From Lepidodermella squamata (Eukaryota > Animalia > Gastrotricha): a DNA stretch of 64,000 bases. Shown in pieces: positions 26,301-38,780 of the stretch. The DNA lies in assembly GCA_047495785.1 (NCBI GenBank), contig JBLDXI010000019.1:3472001-3536000 (forward strand), given 5' to 3'. The stretch's first letter is position 1. Each line of letters opens with the position of its first letter. The notes under the pieces were generated by a model. That model was given only the letters and a program-made list of their open reading frames with translations, was not told the DNA's origin and did no database searches. Both the position numbers and the translations under genes were made by a program.

Positions 26301-28831
26301 CAGAGGCGTTCACGTACAAGTAATCTGATTGCGTCGGCATGAGCCATGCCCTTTCCAAGAAAAGCATGAGCTGAAATGCTAAATATCGAAAGTCTTACGA
26401 GGTGGAATAGCTCAAGATTTTGTCACAAACAGGAGAACCAGCCGAGACTAGGCTTGTAGATGAGATTAGGTCCACAAGCCTGCAATCGAGCGGATACAAA
26501 GCAGTTGGCGGTGGTGCTGAAAATAGGAAAATATTTAGACGTAGCGATTTATTTTTGGTTTAGGTTATGTTATCCGAAAAAGCTTGATCTTACTTCTCCA
26601 AGGGCATACACTGGCCTGTTCGGCTTCAGCATTGTCTAGCGGTCTTCGGTAAATTTGCACGCACGATAGTTTTCCGGTCCATGGGCCGCGAGCTGTTACG
26701 TAGGCGTTGACCTTGAGAGCATTTACTGCTGGGCAGCTGATAGATTTAAGGTATTTCTCCACGCGATTGATGTGGATCCGAATAGTGTTAGAGCGGCAAT
26801 CAGCTGTAACCACAAAGAAAAACCATTGATTGACTGGTACCGTGAATCCAGTTGTTTGCATAGCTGTTGGTGCCGGAAAATAGCTGTTATCTGCGTCATC
26901 GGAAATGCTTCCTACTCTCATCTGCGAATCGCTTGCAATTTTGATATTAAACCCTCTCCTCGAGCTGAAAGAAAGGGAGTATTTTAATGTAAATGTATGC
27001 GCTTCCCCACTGACCTCCCCTGTGCGAACGAGGAAAAGAGGTAGAAATCACTTGATGCCGCCGTGTGATATACCCAGGCAGCGTAAGTGTAACCATAAGT
27101 AAGATCCGCAGCCAAGTTATCCATTGGGATAAACAGTCCCCTGTCGGCACCAGTCCATTGAAGGGCTGACATCGGTTCATTGTTGGGCCCAGTGCCGTAG
27201 GTCAGGCCGTTGGAGAAAATTCCATTGTTACCTTTCCCACTCAGATCATCAGCTCGATGGATGATATCGAGAAGCCAGAGGCCATCAGGAACCAGAGTGA
27301 ACGAAGGAGGAAGTTGAGGGGTCAATATCTCAACCGAACTAACTGTCTTTTTTGAGCCGAGGTCAATCGTCACATAAGGCCTGTCCAGGTAGTTCAAAGT
27401 TCCAGTTTTCAACCTTGTACAGTTGAAATAGCTCTTCTGACGTATCACTCGGCCTTGAGTGATAGCTGTAGCTGCTGCTGTTTTGTAGATGCTCGTGTCG
27501 CTAGTGTAAGCCTTGGCTATCGCTGCCTTATTCGCAAGATTCGGCGAATATCTTGGGGCATTTTTGCATCCTAGAAGCTCAATTTTGAAACAGACCGAAC
27601 CAGAGAAGGCGATAGGTTCGATTCTGAAATATTGGCCAATAACTGGTCGCGGGAACACAAAAGTGGCGAGTTTCGTTCCATCGATATTCCCAGAAATCAA
27701 CGCCGACCCGGTGACGTCTCTAGTCGGTATCCAATCATCATTCATCTTAGCTTTTGAGGAGACGCGGAATGAAGTAACCCAAGCATTCAGCCTGCTGCAG
27801 CCCTGAATCTGAACTGCGGTGACAACTGTCTGTTTCCGCAAATTGACAACTAGAGGATCAATCAAAGCGCGACCAGCCATTCCCCAGTTCAGCCGAGCGT
27901 AGATAGATTGGTTAGTGGATAGTTGCCAATCTTCAACTTCTCCATTCTCAACGCCTAGTGGTTCCATGCAGTAAGCTGGGCAACCACGAAAGCCAAATCT
28001 TCCCTGTCTATTCGAGACCACTATGGTGCTATCCACAGCTGTGACAATACTGACGTATTGAAGAAGGACAGGGCGGAACAATTCGTAATTAGTCGGCGTG
28101 GAACGGCCAGCGGTTACTGGTATTGTAGCCATTCCACCTCGTCCGTTATTAATGGGGAAGAAATTGATGCCATCGAAACTGTACTCAAGACGTAATCCTG
28201 CTTGGTAATTAAACCAAAAGAAGTGAAGATGAGTTAGCCAAACAAATCGCTGCAAATCAGCCCTGATCCAAGAGCCGATGGGTGCGTCCTGAGCTAGGCC
28301 AAAATAGTAATTATGATTCGAGAAAAATCGACCCCAGTGAGGCGGCTCGCCGTTGGTTGACGATACAGCATAAGCAAAATCGCTAACATATGAATTATCC
28401 AGATCGAGTACCTCAACATCACAATGGTTGAGTTTAGAGCATGGTGCTGATCTCGCGACACCCAGAATAGCGTCCAGATACGGAAACTTGTTGCCAGCTT
28501 TGTTTGAAACACTATTTGGTGTCGCGCTGAATGAGATCACCCCGGAATTAGCGCTGACCTTGGCGATTTGGGATCCATCGATTGAAAATCGGTAAATCAA
28601 GCATGTTTTCGTAGACAGGGTGAATTGGCCAGATTCACAGGTATTGTTTGCATTACAAGCGGCCATGCATGCAGCTTGAGAGCTGACTGAGCGCGTCGCT
28701 ATCAAATGAGGGCTCAGGTCATAGCCCGGATCAATTGGGTCAATTGAAAAATCTTTATACAAGCGGTAGTGGATACCACCAAATGTTCCAGAGATCAGGA
28801 ACAGACTACAAAGAACGCAGTATACCTTCAT
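23339..28831 (-). CDS. ~1700-aa secreted mosaic lectin-like protein: SP-PAN-F5/8C x2-FTP(N half)-LamG x3-F5/8C x2-FTP(C half)-FTP, 8 exons
   Basis: Exons 28831-27015, 26964-26594, 26516-26399, 26350-25261, 25203-25086, 25032-24719, 24665-24527 and 24474-23339 sum to 5103 nt (1701 codons). Signal MKVYCVLCSLFLISGTFG; PAN SQAACMAACNANNTC; discoidin CMEPLGVENGEVEDWQL..CFKIELLGC; LamG RWSYVGFVYD..CLQFYQTALT; F-lectin WFQVDLG..CTPPLSGRYV..AEVLVF. Confidence 0.88.
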
Positions 28832-29814
28832 TACTTCAACGTTTCGTACTAGGTAAAAAGCTCCGTCTTCATTGAGGAACATGAATGCATTCTCTTAAAG
28901 TTTCTCTTAAAGAATTGCATTTGGGTTTAGGTACTAAATATTGATGATTTCAGTTTCTGTTTGCTGACTTTTCGAACGCAGGGTGGTTCAGTTGCCGTGC
29001 GATACTTTTGTTGTCAATATGTGCGTTATCCTCAAGCTAAATAATATTGTCTGAGCCAATACTTCGTTAATTCGGAAAAGAGCGGTTTGTAATACGTGCA
29101 TGCGATAAGCGTGCGATGTGTTTTCTGTCTCGGCAAGTTACCTTTTTAAAAGCGAATTACCGCGTTGCATTATTATTCGCTATGTGCTAAAACATTAATG
29201 AATACACTAATATATCGATACGCGCAAGGGGTTTTACTGTTTATCGATCAAAAGAACGGAGGAAGGTAATAACGGAGGCGGCATTCACCCATTAAACGTG
29301 TTTCGTTTTTAGATGCCATGTGCCCCTCAACTCAGTTTCATCTCGACTTCGCGCCTTGGCGCCTGATGAATTTACCAGCTGAACCTGCAATAAGTGAGCA
29401 AAAAGGTGATCAGTGGGTGCATTTTTGGGGTCGACCTCTGTGCAAAGGAGGACAGGCCTGGCGAAGGCTGCGTAAAACATTGTATTTTGGCTGCTATCGC
29501 AACAACGGGAAGTGAAGCTTGGAGTTTGTGAACCTGATTTTCTATAATTACTGATCGCAGCATTTAATTAGGCGAGAAGTCGCCGAAGATGGGCGCGAGA
29601 CCAAAGTAGACGAATAAGCAGACGAATTATACGAATATACATCCAAATAATCTGATTTCTTACCGGCGTGAACTTTGCAATTTGATGGCGCTTTTTGCTT
29701 GGGACTAATAGAGATGGACTCTTTCAAGCAGTAGTGATTCCGCAGTCGCAAAAGCAATTCTTAGTCATTTCAGAACACATTATTTTCCAGGCTGCTACCT
29801 GTTTTCTGCCGTAT

Positions 29815-29933
29815 GGCTATTATTCGAGGCGGGCTATTATTAACCTTTGGACCTAATATTTAAGTGAATTTTTGGAGCTATTATTCGAGGGGGTTATTAT
29901 TGGAGGTAGGCTACTATTCGAAGAAATACGGTA
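29815..29933. mobile_element. Right-end fragment of a Tc2-like MITE
   Basis: Repeated GCTATTATTCGAGG units ending in TATTCGAAGAAATACGG-TA. Left end not found. Confidence 0.5.
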
Positions 29934-30059
29934 TAGCGCTAAAAATGACAAGTGGTACTAACGAATACAATTATAGTGTAGCGGCTAATTATTAGAATAT
30001 AAAATATCATACATATTTGGAAAGAGCAGCTCGGGCTGCGTGCACAGATATAAAAATTA

Positions 30060-30995
30060 GAGTGCCCCTATCTGTACATAATTATGTGGTATATTTTCCC
30101 TATTTGTACATAATTATGTGGTATATATTCCCTATTTGTACATAAATATGTGGTATATTTTCCCTTTTTGTACATAATTTCCTATTTACAGATTTCACGC
30201 TAAAGGTTGATGTTTTATGTGGTTTAAAAATGTTTTTCTAGTTAATCGCGAGCTGAGACACCTACTGGGCATCATTTGCCACATATGGGGTAGATCTACG
30301 TACAAAAAATTGGCGATATTCGTATCGTGCACAGATGCGTACGAGGGATGTTGTCCATCAGATAATTACCCTGGGTTTTTGCGTAATTATCACTTGCATA
30401 TCGAGGCCAAGCCCCAAAGCTAACCCTAACCCTGATCCTAACCCTGATCCTAACCCTGATCCTAACCCTGATCCTAACCCTGACCCTAACCCTGATCCAA
30501 ACCCTAAACTAACCCTAACCCTAACCCTAACCCTAACCCCAACCCTAACCCTAACCATAACCCTTCGCTAGATTTACACCCTCTCATGAGAAGCTAGATT
30601 TTATAGCCAAAAAACTTGTTTTGCGAAAGTAATTATTGACAAGAATAAATGAAACTTTTTAGGAGCTAAATTCTAGGTTCTCATGGATGAAATCCCTAAT
30701 ACGCATTTGTGCGACGATATTTGTGTACGATACGAATATCGCCAATTTTGTGTATATAGATCTACCCCATATGTGTCAAATGATGCCCAGTAGGTGTCTC
30801 AGCTCGCGATTAACTAGAAAAACATTTTTAAACCATATAAAACATCAACCTTTAGCATGAAATCTGTAAATAAGAAATTATGTACAAAAAGGGAAAATAT
30901 ACCACATATTTATGTACAAATAGGGAATATATACCACATAATTATGTACAAATAGGGAAAATATACCACATAATTATGTACAAATAGGCACTCCG
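30060..30995. mobile_element. Foldback/Mutator-type non-autonomous element, ~270-bp TIRs, 9-bp TSD, telomere-like core
   Basis: Arms 30060-~30335 and ~30715-30995 are reverse complements containing 3-4 tandem 31-bp units (CCCTATTTGTACATAATTATGTGGTATATTT). TAAAAATTA is duplicated at 30051-30059 and 30996-31004. Confidence 0.88.
30420..30563 (+). repeat. Interstitial telomere-like array (CCTAACCCTGAT)n followed by (CCCTAA)n
   Basis: Read directly from the sequence. Confidence 0.95.
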
Positions 30996-31152
30996 TAAAA
31001 ATTATTTGGAAATTGCAAAATCTATTCCTTCATTTCGTGACTTAAAGAATTTGAGGGCACTTATTTGGATTCAATGATTATACCATGAAGAAGTTTTGGT
31101 AATTTCGACTTTTATCGATCATAATTATGCTAAAATTTTTCTCCGTCAAGTA

Positions 31153-31635
31153 CCGTATTTAGTCGTATAAAGGCCGCACCCCGAATAAAGGCCGCACTCG
31201 ATTAATCGCCGCAAAAAAGTGAATTTTCAATAAAACGCGCGCAATAAAGGCCGCACTCGAATAATCGCCACGCGAGTAACAACACCCTTGTCTCTAGCTC
31301 TCCTACCGCGACGCCGAAGGCGCCCAAGTACCTCGAGACGCCCAGGCGACATATTATAAATCAGAATTTGGTGTGAGCGCATGAAAGTGAAGGTTTAAGT
31401 GAAGTGACGTTGAATCCGAGATAAGTACCTCTCCAACAGCTACCTCCCGGTCACTCCATCTGTGTCAACATAGGTCGACACACCCAGCGGTCACGAAACA
31501 ATTTAAGAACGGGTAAATGGCAGAAATAAAGGCCGCACTCAAATAAACGCCGCATTCGAATAATCGCCGCATTTTTACCCCGTTTCCGAAAAACAGGAAA
31601 ATTAGTAGCCGCGGCCTTTATACGACTAAATACGG
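31153..31635. mobile_element. Tc2/pogo-like MITE
   Basis: TA-CCGTATTTAGTCGTATAAAGGCCGC ... GCGGCCTTTATACGACTAAATACGG-TA; internal AATAAAGGCCGCACTC / AATCGCCGC repeats. Confidence 0.88.
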
Positions 31636-31689
31636 TAATATTACTTAGAATTTCCTTAGAAGATATTTAGAATATTCGTTACAAGATGA

Positions 31690-33780
31690 TCATGAAATCG
31701 AGGCTGCATATCTAACCATCCGAACATAATATTCTTTCATCGTGACAAAATATCTGCGAACCATCCGAAAGATGTCGAAACGCGAATTTTATCCGAAAAT
31801 GTCTTTTATACATCCGAATATTAGTGATTGTGTCGCAATAAAAGGGGGCGCCATAAAAGTGCAGCGTGGCAGCCACGTGCAGAATAGAACAAGCCGGCCT
31901 GTGGAATCATTCGATATCATTCTTTGGCTTTCGATAATGCAGTTAACATTGCCAAAATTGATTTTACTCGTGACTCTGTTTTTGAGTGCGAGCGATGTTC
32001 CTTACGTCGTCAACCCAGAATTGGAGGAGGAAGATGGTCGTCCGTTGTCGCCTTCAGGGGATGAATTTGATATATTCGAATCCCTGCAACCCGGGTTGTC
32101 ATTCGTCGCCGCCAAGCAGTACATAAGGACGAACTACCCTGATTGTGGGTCGATTCGACGCATCCTCACCCTCGGAACTCAGGCTTCACGGTTTATTATG
32201 TCTGCAGAATGCGAAAAAGTGGTGCGAAGATTTGCAAATACAAGGGCACGCTGAATTACACCAACGAACAGGCTGTGTTTGTGGCCGGTGGCGAGCACAA
32301 CCATCCGCTTGTAGACAAGGGCAAAGCCATCATTACTGCTCGAGTCCGGGATTGGGTGAAGACGTTCACCATTGCGAACAACCCACCAAAGCTCATCATC
32401 AAGCTGCTCCTGGACAAAGGCTTCCCCCGTTACAGCCAGCGTCAAATAACCCAGCTGAAGCAACGAATCAAAAGTCAGCTCAAACGCGAAGCGCTGTTAC
32501 AAGGCGGAGTTGCTGAGCAAGATATCGACCTGGCTGATAACCGCTTCGGAACTGCTGAGCTGCGAGCCTGGTGCCAAGCAAGATCTCAGATCCCTGGCGA
32601 TGTCAGAACACCTTTCGTGATCCACTTTCGAATTCAAGAGACTGGTGTTGGCCGGAAACCGATGTGGACGTTGGTTATTTCAAACCGTTTCATGCTGGGT
32701 CGGCTGAGACTCATGACCAGCTTCCAAGTTGACGCGACACATAAAGTTATCATCGGTGGTCACAAGGTCTTCATTTGCGGCGGCTCGGATCGCAATCGCC
32801 ATCTTCATCCTGTGCTCCTCGCTGTATCGCGCAACGAGAATCAGCAGGCCTACGACGTCATATTTGAATCTCTTCGAACCCATGCTCCGACTTGGCAACC
32901 TCTCGCTGTTATGGCTGATGGAGCGACTTACATCAGGAATGCGATCGAAACCGCCTTTGGGTTGATGATCCTGCGGCTCATGTGTTTCTTCCATGTTATG
33001 TACAATGCTCGCAAATGGTTCGGGAGTAAGTTGATTTTGTAGACATCACGACGTTTTGAAGACAATTTCAACACAGGAGGTCGACTAAAGCTGTGGTGGC
33101 GCGTATACAAGTTGCTACAAGTCGTTCAGCTGGCTACGAGTGAGGCAGAGGTAATTCACGACGTGAAAAAGATATTTCTTCTAATTATTTTTTTCGTAGT
33201 TTCATTGCTTAGTCCAACTTATGTGGGCTGATCTGCGAAGCACCGAACACGCCGCTGTTTACGAGGAATTTATTGCCTATTTCGAGGGTGCTTACGTCTA
33301 TGGCCCATTGGCTTGTTGGTATGAGGGGGCTAACGAATTCAATCTGACCAACAATGGAGTCGAAGCCAAGAATAATGCAATGAAGAACGAAAACACCCAC
33401 CGCATTATGCACACGTTGATTAGCTTTCTTGCGATTTCTTTCGACGTGGTAATGGACTGGACAATTCATGTCATCGAATTTGCAACTGAGCCCGCTGTCA
33501 GCGACCGCTTACGTCGCGATGGCTATCAGGTATGGCTCAATTTCGAATCGGACTTCGAGAAGATCGAAGAAGGGAAGTGGCTTTGGGTCAAGTCTGGCTG
33601 GACCGTAAACGAGGAAGTGATCGAGACTTTTTTAATTTTCGGATACATCACGATGCTCGCATACATTTTGTTCGGAGTGAAAATATTATTATCCGGATGG
33701 TTAGATATTACCTCGAGATCGAAATTTCGGTATAAAATTCCGCTTATCCGGTATATTCTCAAAATACAATCAATATTCAA
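31690..33780 (+). mobile_element. Mutator-like (MULE) DNA transposon with intron-containing, probably defective transposase
   Basis: WRKY/GCM1-like YYVC..C..EHNH finger; MULE core FQVDATHK..VMADGA..CFFH..TNNGVEAKN. Frameshift near 32143; introns at ~33027-33042 (16 nt, doubtful) and 33151-33199. Degenerate inverted termini (ATATCTAACCATCCG ~31708 vs CGGATGGTTAGATAT ~33694). Confidence 0.85.
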
Positions 33781-34127
33781 TTTCGAAATTTCGAAGTTTG
33801 ATGGACCCATCCGAATTTTTAATTAGAAAATTCGATATCTCATTCCAGAATTGTTTCTGCTAGATCGTTGATCAGACTTCACAAGCAAATACGAAGCCAA
33901 ATTGGCTGCTAATTATGTATTTTTCGAGTGTTATATGAAAAGCTGGTCAAATATAGTGGGCCGGCTAACGAATATCATCCTACACCCGTCTTAGTCTCGC
34001 GATTGAAACTTACAGTCGATTGGAGCTAGAAAAATGATAGGAAACACCCTCATGGTATAAAGTATAACATATATATGAGCATGGCGCATGGGTTTCAATT
34101 TTTAAAGCTGGTTCATGGCGATTTTTG

Positions 34128-35805
34128 GTATATATATATATATAAACAACAAAAGCCCGCTGTTATTAATAAATAACAGTTGCCATAACGACACTGGAGT
34201 AATTAGAATTTTCTTTGGATATGTGTTTTAAGGTTTAAGGTTATTTACAATTAACAGGTTCGTAGAGGAAAGAATTAAGCATCTTGCTGCTGCGATAGGC
34301 TATTTCCGAAAGGATTCGATGGATGGTCGGTTTGCCGATTCCTATTTTTCTTTTATTTACGAAAAAATTCAGGCGCACACAGTTATCATTAGTAGGCTTA
34401 TAGCCGACGCCCTAGGACGTTCATCTTTTCTTTAAATATTCTGATGTTGACGGTCTCAGGGAAGGTATCGCGTGGTAGGTCGTTCCATTGATTGACGATC
34501 TCTTGCATCCTTCGAAAGGGTGCCGTGTCGACCCTGTTCTTCGACGATTTTGCGAGCTGTAGTTGATGGTGGTGTTTCTCGCTCGCTGCCCTCGTTCTTG
34601 TATTCGGCTTCGGGATTTTTATAAATTTCGAGCGGACTTGTTTCGTCCCCCGACCTGCTACCATAGTTTTGTAGAGATACGTCATGACCCCGACGAATCT
34701 GCGATGGCCCAGCGGTGTCAATTTGGCTTCCGTCATCTTCACAAACCTGTTTTGAACTGCATCGAGTTTCTCCAAGGTGCTAGCCGACGCCGCGAATGTG
34801 TATGGCACCATAGCGAATTCGAGGTATGGTAGAACGTAGGTCTTGTAAGCATTTTCGAGCTGGCGTGTCGACAAGTAAGGTCTCAGTCTTAGGAGTTGCG
34901 TGATTGTCCTGTTGGCCTGACCGATCTTCTTGGTCATGCATTCCTCCATTGATAGACCGGTGTCGAGTACTAGGCCCAGTAGCGTTGTAGTGGCCGTTTC
35001 CGCTTTCGAGGGGTTGGTGCTTTCAAGCGAGCTATCTTCATTCATTCTTCTTCTTCCACAGTTGAAACGTGGATAAGAGAACCTTGTATCTATCCTCTTC
35101 TTCGGGTCCATCGAGACTCTGTGAGCTCTCGCCCACTGCATAGCCTTCTCTTCTCCAATGTCGACATCTGATTGGTTCGTGCTTCCCAGGTTAAAGTCAT
35201 CGGCGAAGGTGTACGGCTCAGGTGGGTGGTAATTGGGCTGGTCGACGATTTTGGACACCGATCGGCTGATTCCGCTATACCAGACGAGCCAGAGGGATGG
35301 CCCCAGTGCACTACCTTGGCAGATACCTGCATCTTCAGATCGAAGGCTCGACGACGCCCCGGCCACCAAGACACGGAAGTATCTGTCTGTCAGGAATGAT
35401 CGGATCATAGCGCGAACTTGTCCCTGTATGCCCGATTTCCAAAGAATGTCGAGAAGAAGAGATCTGTCCACTCTGTCGAACGCCCCACTAACATCAGTTT
35501 GGCGGAGGATGAAATATTTTCTGTCGTTTATCGCGGAGATGATGTCGATTACCACTGACAGTTGGGTATCGTTTGTGCCGCAGCCTGACAGAAAGCAGAA
35601 AGGCGGCTTGTTCTGGAGGTATTACTCCGTTAGCTATCGCGGTTTTTACGACTAGTTCAGCAAGTATTATCTCCAGGACTTTGCCTACGTGTTCACCCAT
35701 ACCCACGGGTCGATAGTTGGCCTTGTTCGATTTAGACTTCTTCTTGAAAATTGGACATACGTTAACGACCTTGAAGACTGATGGCCAGGTACCTTCAACC
35801 TTCAG
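34128..35805 (-). mobile_element. 5'-truncated non-LTR retrotransposon (CR1/L2-like RT), frameshifted
   Basis: WPSVFKVVNVCPIFKK..NYRPV..KVLE, then DVSGAFDRV..GICQGSALGP..YTFADD..YKTYVLPYLEF. A (TA)n run at ~34128-34143 may be the tail. Confidence 0.88.
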
Positions 35806-36724
35806 AATGCATTTTCTTCCACAAGAGTGCGAGTGGTTCTGAAATCCAGTCGGCCAACATTTTCAGTGGCTTCGTGCCGATTCCGCTCGGTCCCGGTGAC
35901 TTTCCTGGTTTCAGCTGCTTCAGTCTTGAGCTATTTCCGATTTGCTGACTGCGATTGTGCTAGCTATTACCTGAATTTGCACCTCGTCGCTCCAATTTCC
36001 TTGCCGCGGTGGTAGTTCCATCTTCTCTTGAAAGTGATCGGCTAATAGCTGCGCCTATAACACCATACAACACCAGGACGGTTATCTTTTTCAGCTTCCT
36101 TGTTTTGTTGATATCTTCAATGCAGCTTTCGTAGATTGCTTTCTTTTCGGCGTCTACCGAATAGAACTGGTGTCGCCCGTTTGTTGGATTATTTTCGATT
36201 CTGATTGTTGGGTCAAGGATAATTCCACTACGGGCCTTCTGATCGATAGCTAATACTTATATCTATCGAATATATAGGGATTTTCGAACGAGTCTTTAAT
36301 GTTACTGATGCTGATGCATGGATAATAGTGTAGAATAATCTGAAACTTAAAATCTCATCCGTTTTTTAAACAAAATGTTGGCTCATAAGATTTCTATTAT
36401 TGCTGAAGTTGTTTTCAACTATAAATTCGAGGCCGATACAATTTGCTGTTTAGCTGAAATTTTTTCATTAAGGCACCCATAGTGACTCATACCCATGCAT
36501 TCGTTAGGAAGCAAGCTTTTCAAATCTGCAATTTATATCTGAAAATGTTGAAAATGACTAGAGTAGTATTCATTTCTAAGTGGCCGAAAAATCGCCTCAT
36601 AATGGGCGGATGCGACTTTTTAGGCACTTACATAGATGAATGCATGAGCATTTTTCCGAAATTCGGCGTCAGCTGTGACCAATCGTTGAACTCTCGTCCA
36701 TTTTCGTTTAATCTAAATTTTGTC

Positions 36725-38240
36725 ATTTTTCAAGCATTTTTCTCATTCTTATCGCACAGCCCACCTGGCAAACGCTCAGCCTAGATCCAAGGGCATTTTT
36801 CCCAGATACCGTACTTCGTTGAATGTTTTTCGTAGCGTCAAACTTCGAAATTTTCTGCTAAGCCGCATGTAAGCATTATTTAGAATTTTTTTTAAATTTG
36901 TTCAGCTTTGGACTTTTTTTTGCCAAAATGGCAGGTCGAATTTTCCGCCGCCCGTCGGCCCATGATGCTATCACACCTTCGTCTACATTGTGTGGAAGTT
37001 TCAGACTTGGCTTTTGAATCAAGGCAAAATTGCAGTTGACTTTTATGTCGACTTTTAAATTGTAAAAAGAATAGAGGAAAATATTCCTCACTTTGAAGTT
37101 GTACGTGCACCATGTGGCTCATACAGCTACGTGAATCATGCGCGAACCATGAAAATTTTTAATACAATCAATGGCAAAAATTAGGAAAAACACACTTCAA
37201 ATTCCATTCTACCGCTCGTCTCACTTGCAGAAGCCAAAGTTGCTCTTTCGGCTGATATTAGAGCATAGGTCGATGTACCCACAACCAAAAGGAAACGTTA
37301 AAATACGACTTACCATTTTGACAAAAAAATTCCAAAGTTGAACAACTTTTTAGGTTATTTTTAAGCACATTATCAGGCCCGCCTACGTTACGGCTCTGCG
37401 CGCGCTCCTATTGGCCGGCCATTTCGCGCACACTGTTACGCAACACACGCGCGCCGTAAGTGCGTGCGTGCACAACTGAATCATTTTAACCCAAAAAAGT
37501 CGCGCATTTCGCATATATTCTATCAGATTTATAAAACATAATTTCAACCGAAAAAATCTTTATCTATCGATATAAAATGTGCATAGTAGGTATGAAAAAT
37601 AAGCATACGTGGCTAACTTTAGGACATATTTACAAGGCATGCTCACTCGCCCAAGTCGTGCGCACTGTTATTTATCGCTAATTTTACCGCGCGCGCAGTT
37701 GTCAAAGAGTAACTTAAACTTTTTGTGGCGGTTTTTATGCCAGAATGAAGAGAATTTAATCGATTGAATATAGGGTTCTCGCTCGAAAAACTGAAAGGGA
37801 AAAAGTTTTACGTGCACTGAAAAATTAGGGCGGGTGACCTCACGCGAGCGCACCACCAAGTAAAAATTGTGCACGTCAAATGTTTAATTCCCAAATTTCA
37901 ATCGTAACAAATCTATATTCAATCGATAGAGAATTCAATTTACTTCAATTCGATGTAACAGCCGACGTGAAATTCATAGATTGCCTTTTGATTTCAGTTC
38001 AAAATGAGCTGACCAATAGGAGCGCGCGCAGAGCCGTAACGTAGGCGGGCCTGAAAATGTGCTATTTTTAATAACGCTTCCAAGCGGCCGACAAGCAAAT
38101 GTCGACTTTTGACGATATGAACAAAATTCAACGAAGTACGGAATCTAGGCAAGATGCCTCTCACTTTAGGCTGAGGTCTTGCGCAGCGTTTGCCAGGTGG
38201 CCTGTGCGATAAGAATGAGAAATGAGGCTTGAAAATTTCG
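36725..38240. mobile_element. Degenerate long inverted-repeat (foldback-like) element with extra sequence in the left arm
   Basis: 36725-36870 pairs with 38080-38240 (TTCTCATTCTTATCGCACAG..CGTACTTCGTTGAAT). 37365-37425 pairs with 38000-38063 (CAGGCCCGCCTACGTTACGGCTCTGCGCGCGCTCCTATTGG). True termini and TSD not resolved. Confidence 0.65.
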
Positions 38241-38780
38241 ATTTATTTCCTATCTTTTCTCACTTATTTATCTATAGGCACTTATTAGTGGCTTTTACAC
38301 TGGCTTTTTTGATAGGTTTAAAACAGGGTAATTAACGTCAGCCGATTTTCAACAGATGGTGTGAACACTAAGAAACATAGGTCAGTTAGGTGTTTTTAAC
38401 ACCACCCGGATGGCGTTGCTTAACGTGTTAAAAATCACGTTTATAACGTCAACCAGTTTAAAACAGGTTGCATAACCTTATTTAACGCCAACGCGTTGAA
38501 ATTTACCATTCCCGCTGAAGTCACCATTCGTTTGACCCGGTAAAATGTACCTGATGGACGCCGAAAATTCGAATAAAAATAGGATATTAACTCAGCTGAA
38601 TTATCTGAATTTTATGAGACCAAAATCCTCGCCGTACCTACTATAAGCGTGCGATTTTCTGGATAAATTATGCTTCGCAAAGGTTTAGCTAATTTTCATC
38701 GTAATATAATTTTCATTCTAATGGCAGAAACTTTCATCGCAATAGGCATGGGGCATCGCTGTCAATAATCTACAGTCCAA

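Noticed and set aside
26371-26398. Apparent 28-nt micro-intron
   Set aside because: It breaks the frame; the acceptor at 26351-26352 (48-nt intron) keeps frame and matches the paralog.
30066-30190. 31-bp direct repeats resembling a CRISPR array
   Set aside because: The units are contiguous with no unique spacers, are mirrored in the opposite TIR arm, and lie in eukaryotic DNA with no cas genes.
30335-30571. ORFs with PNPD/GLGS/VRVR repeats
   Set aside because: These are translations of the telomere-like array inside a transposon.
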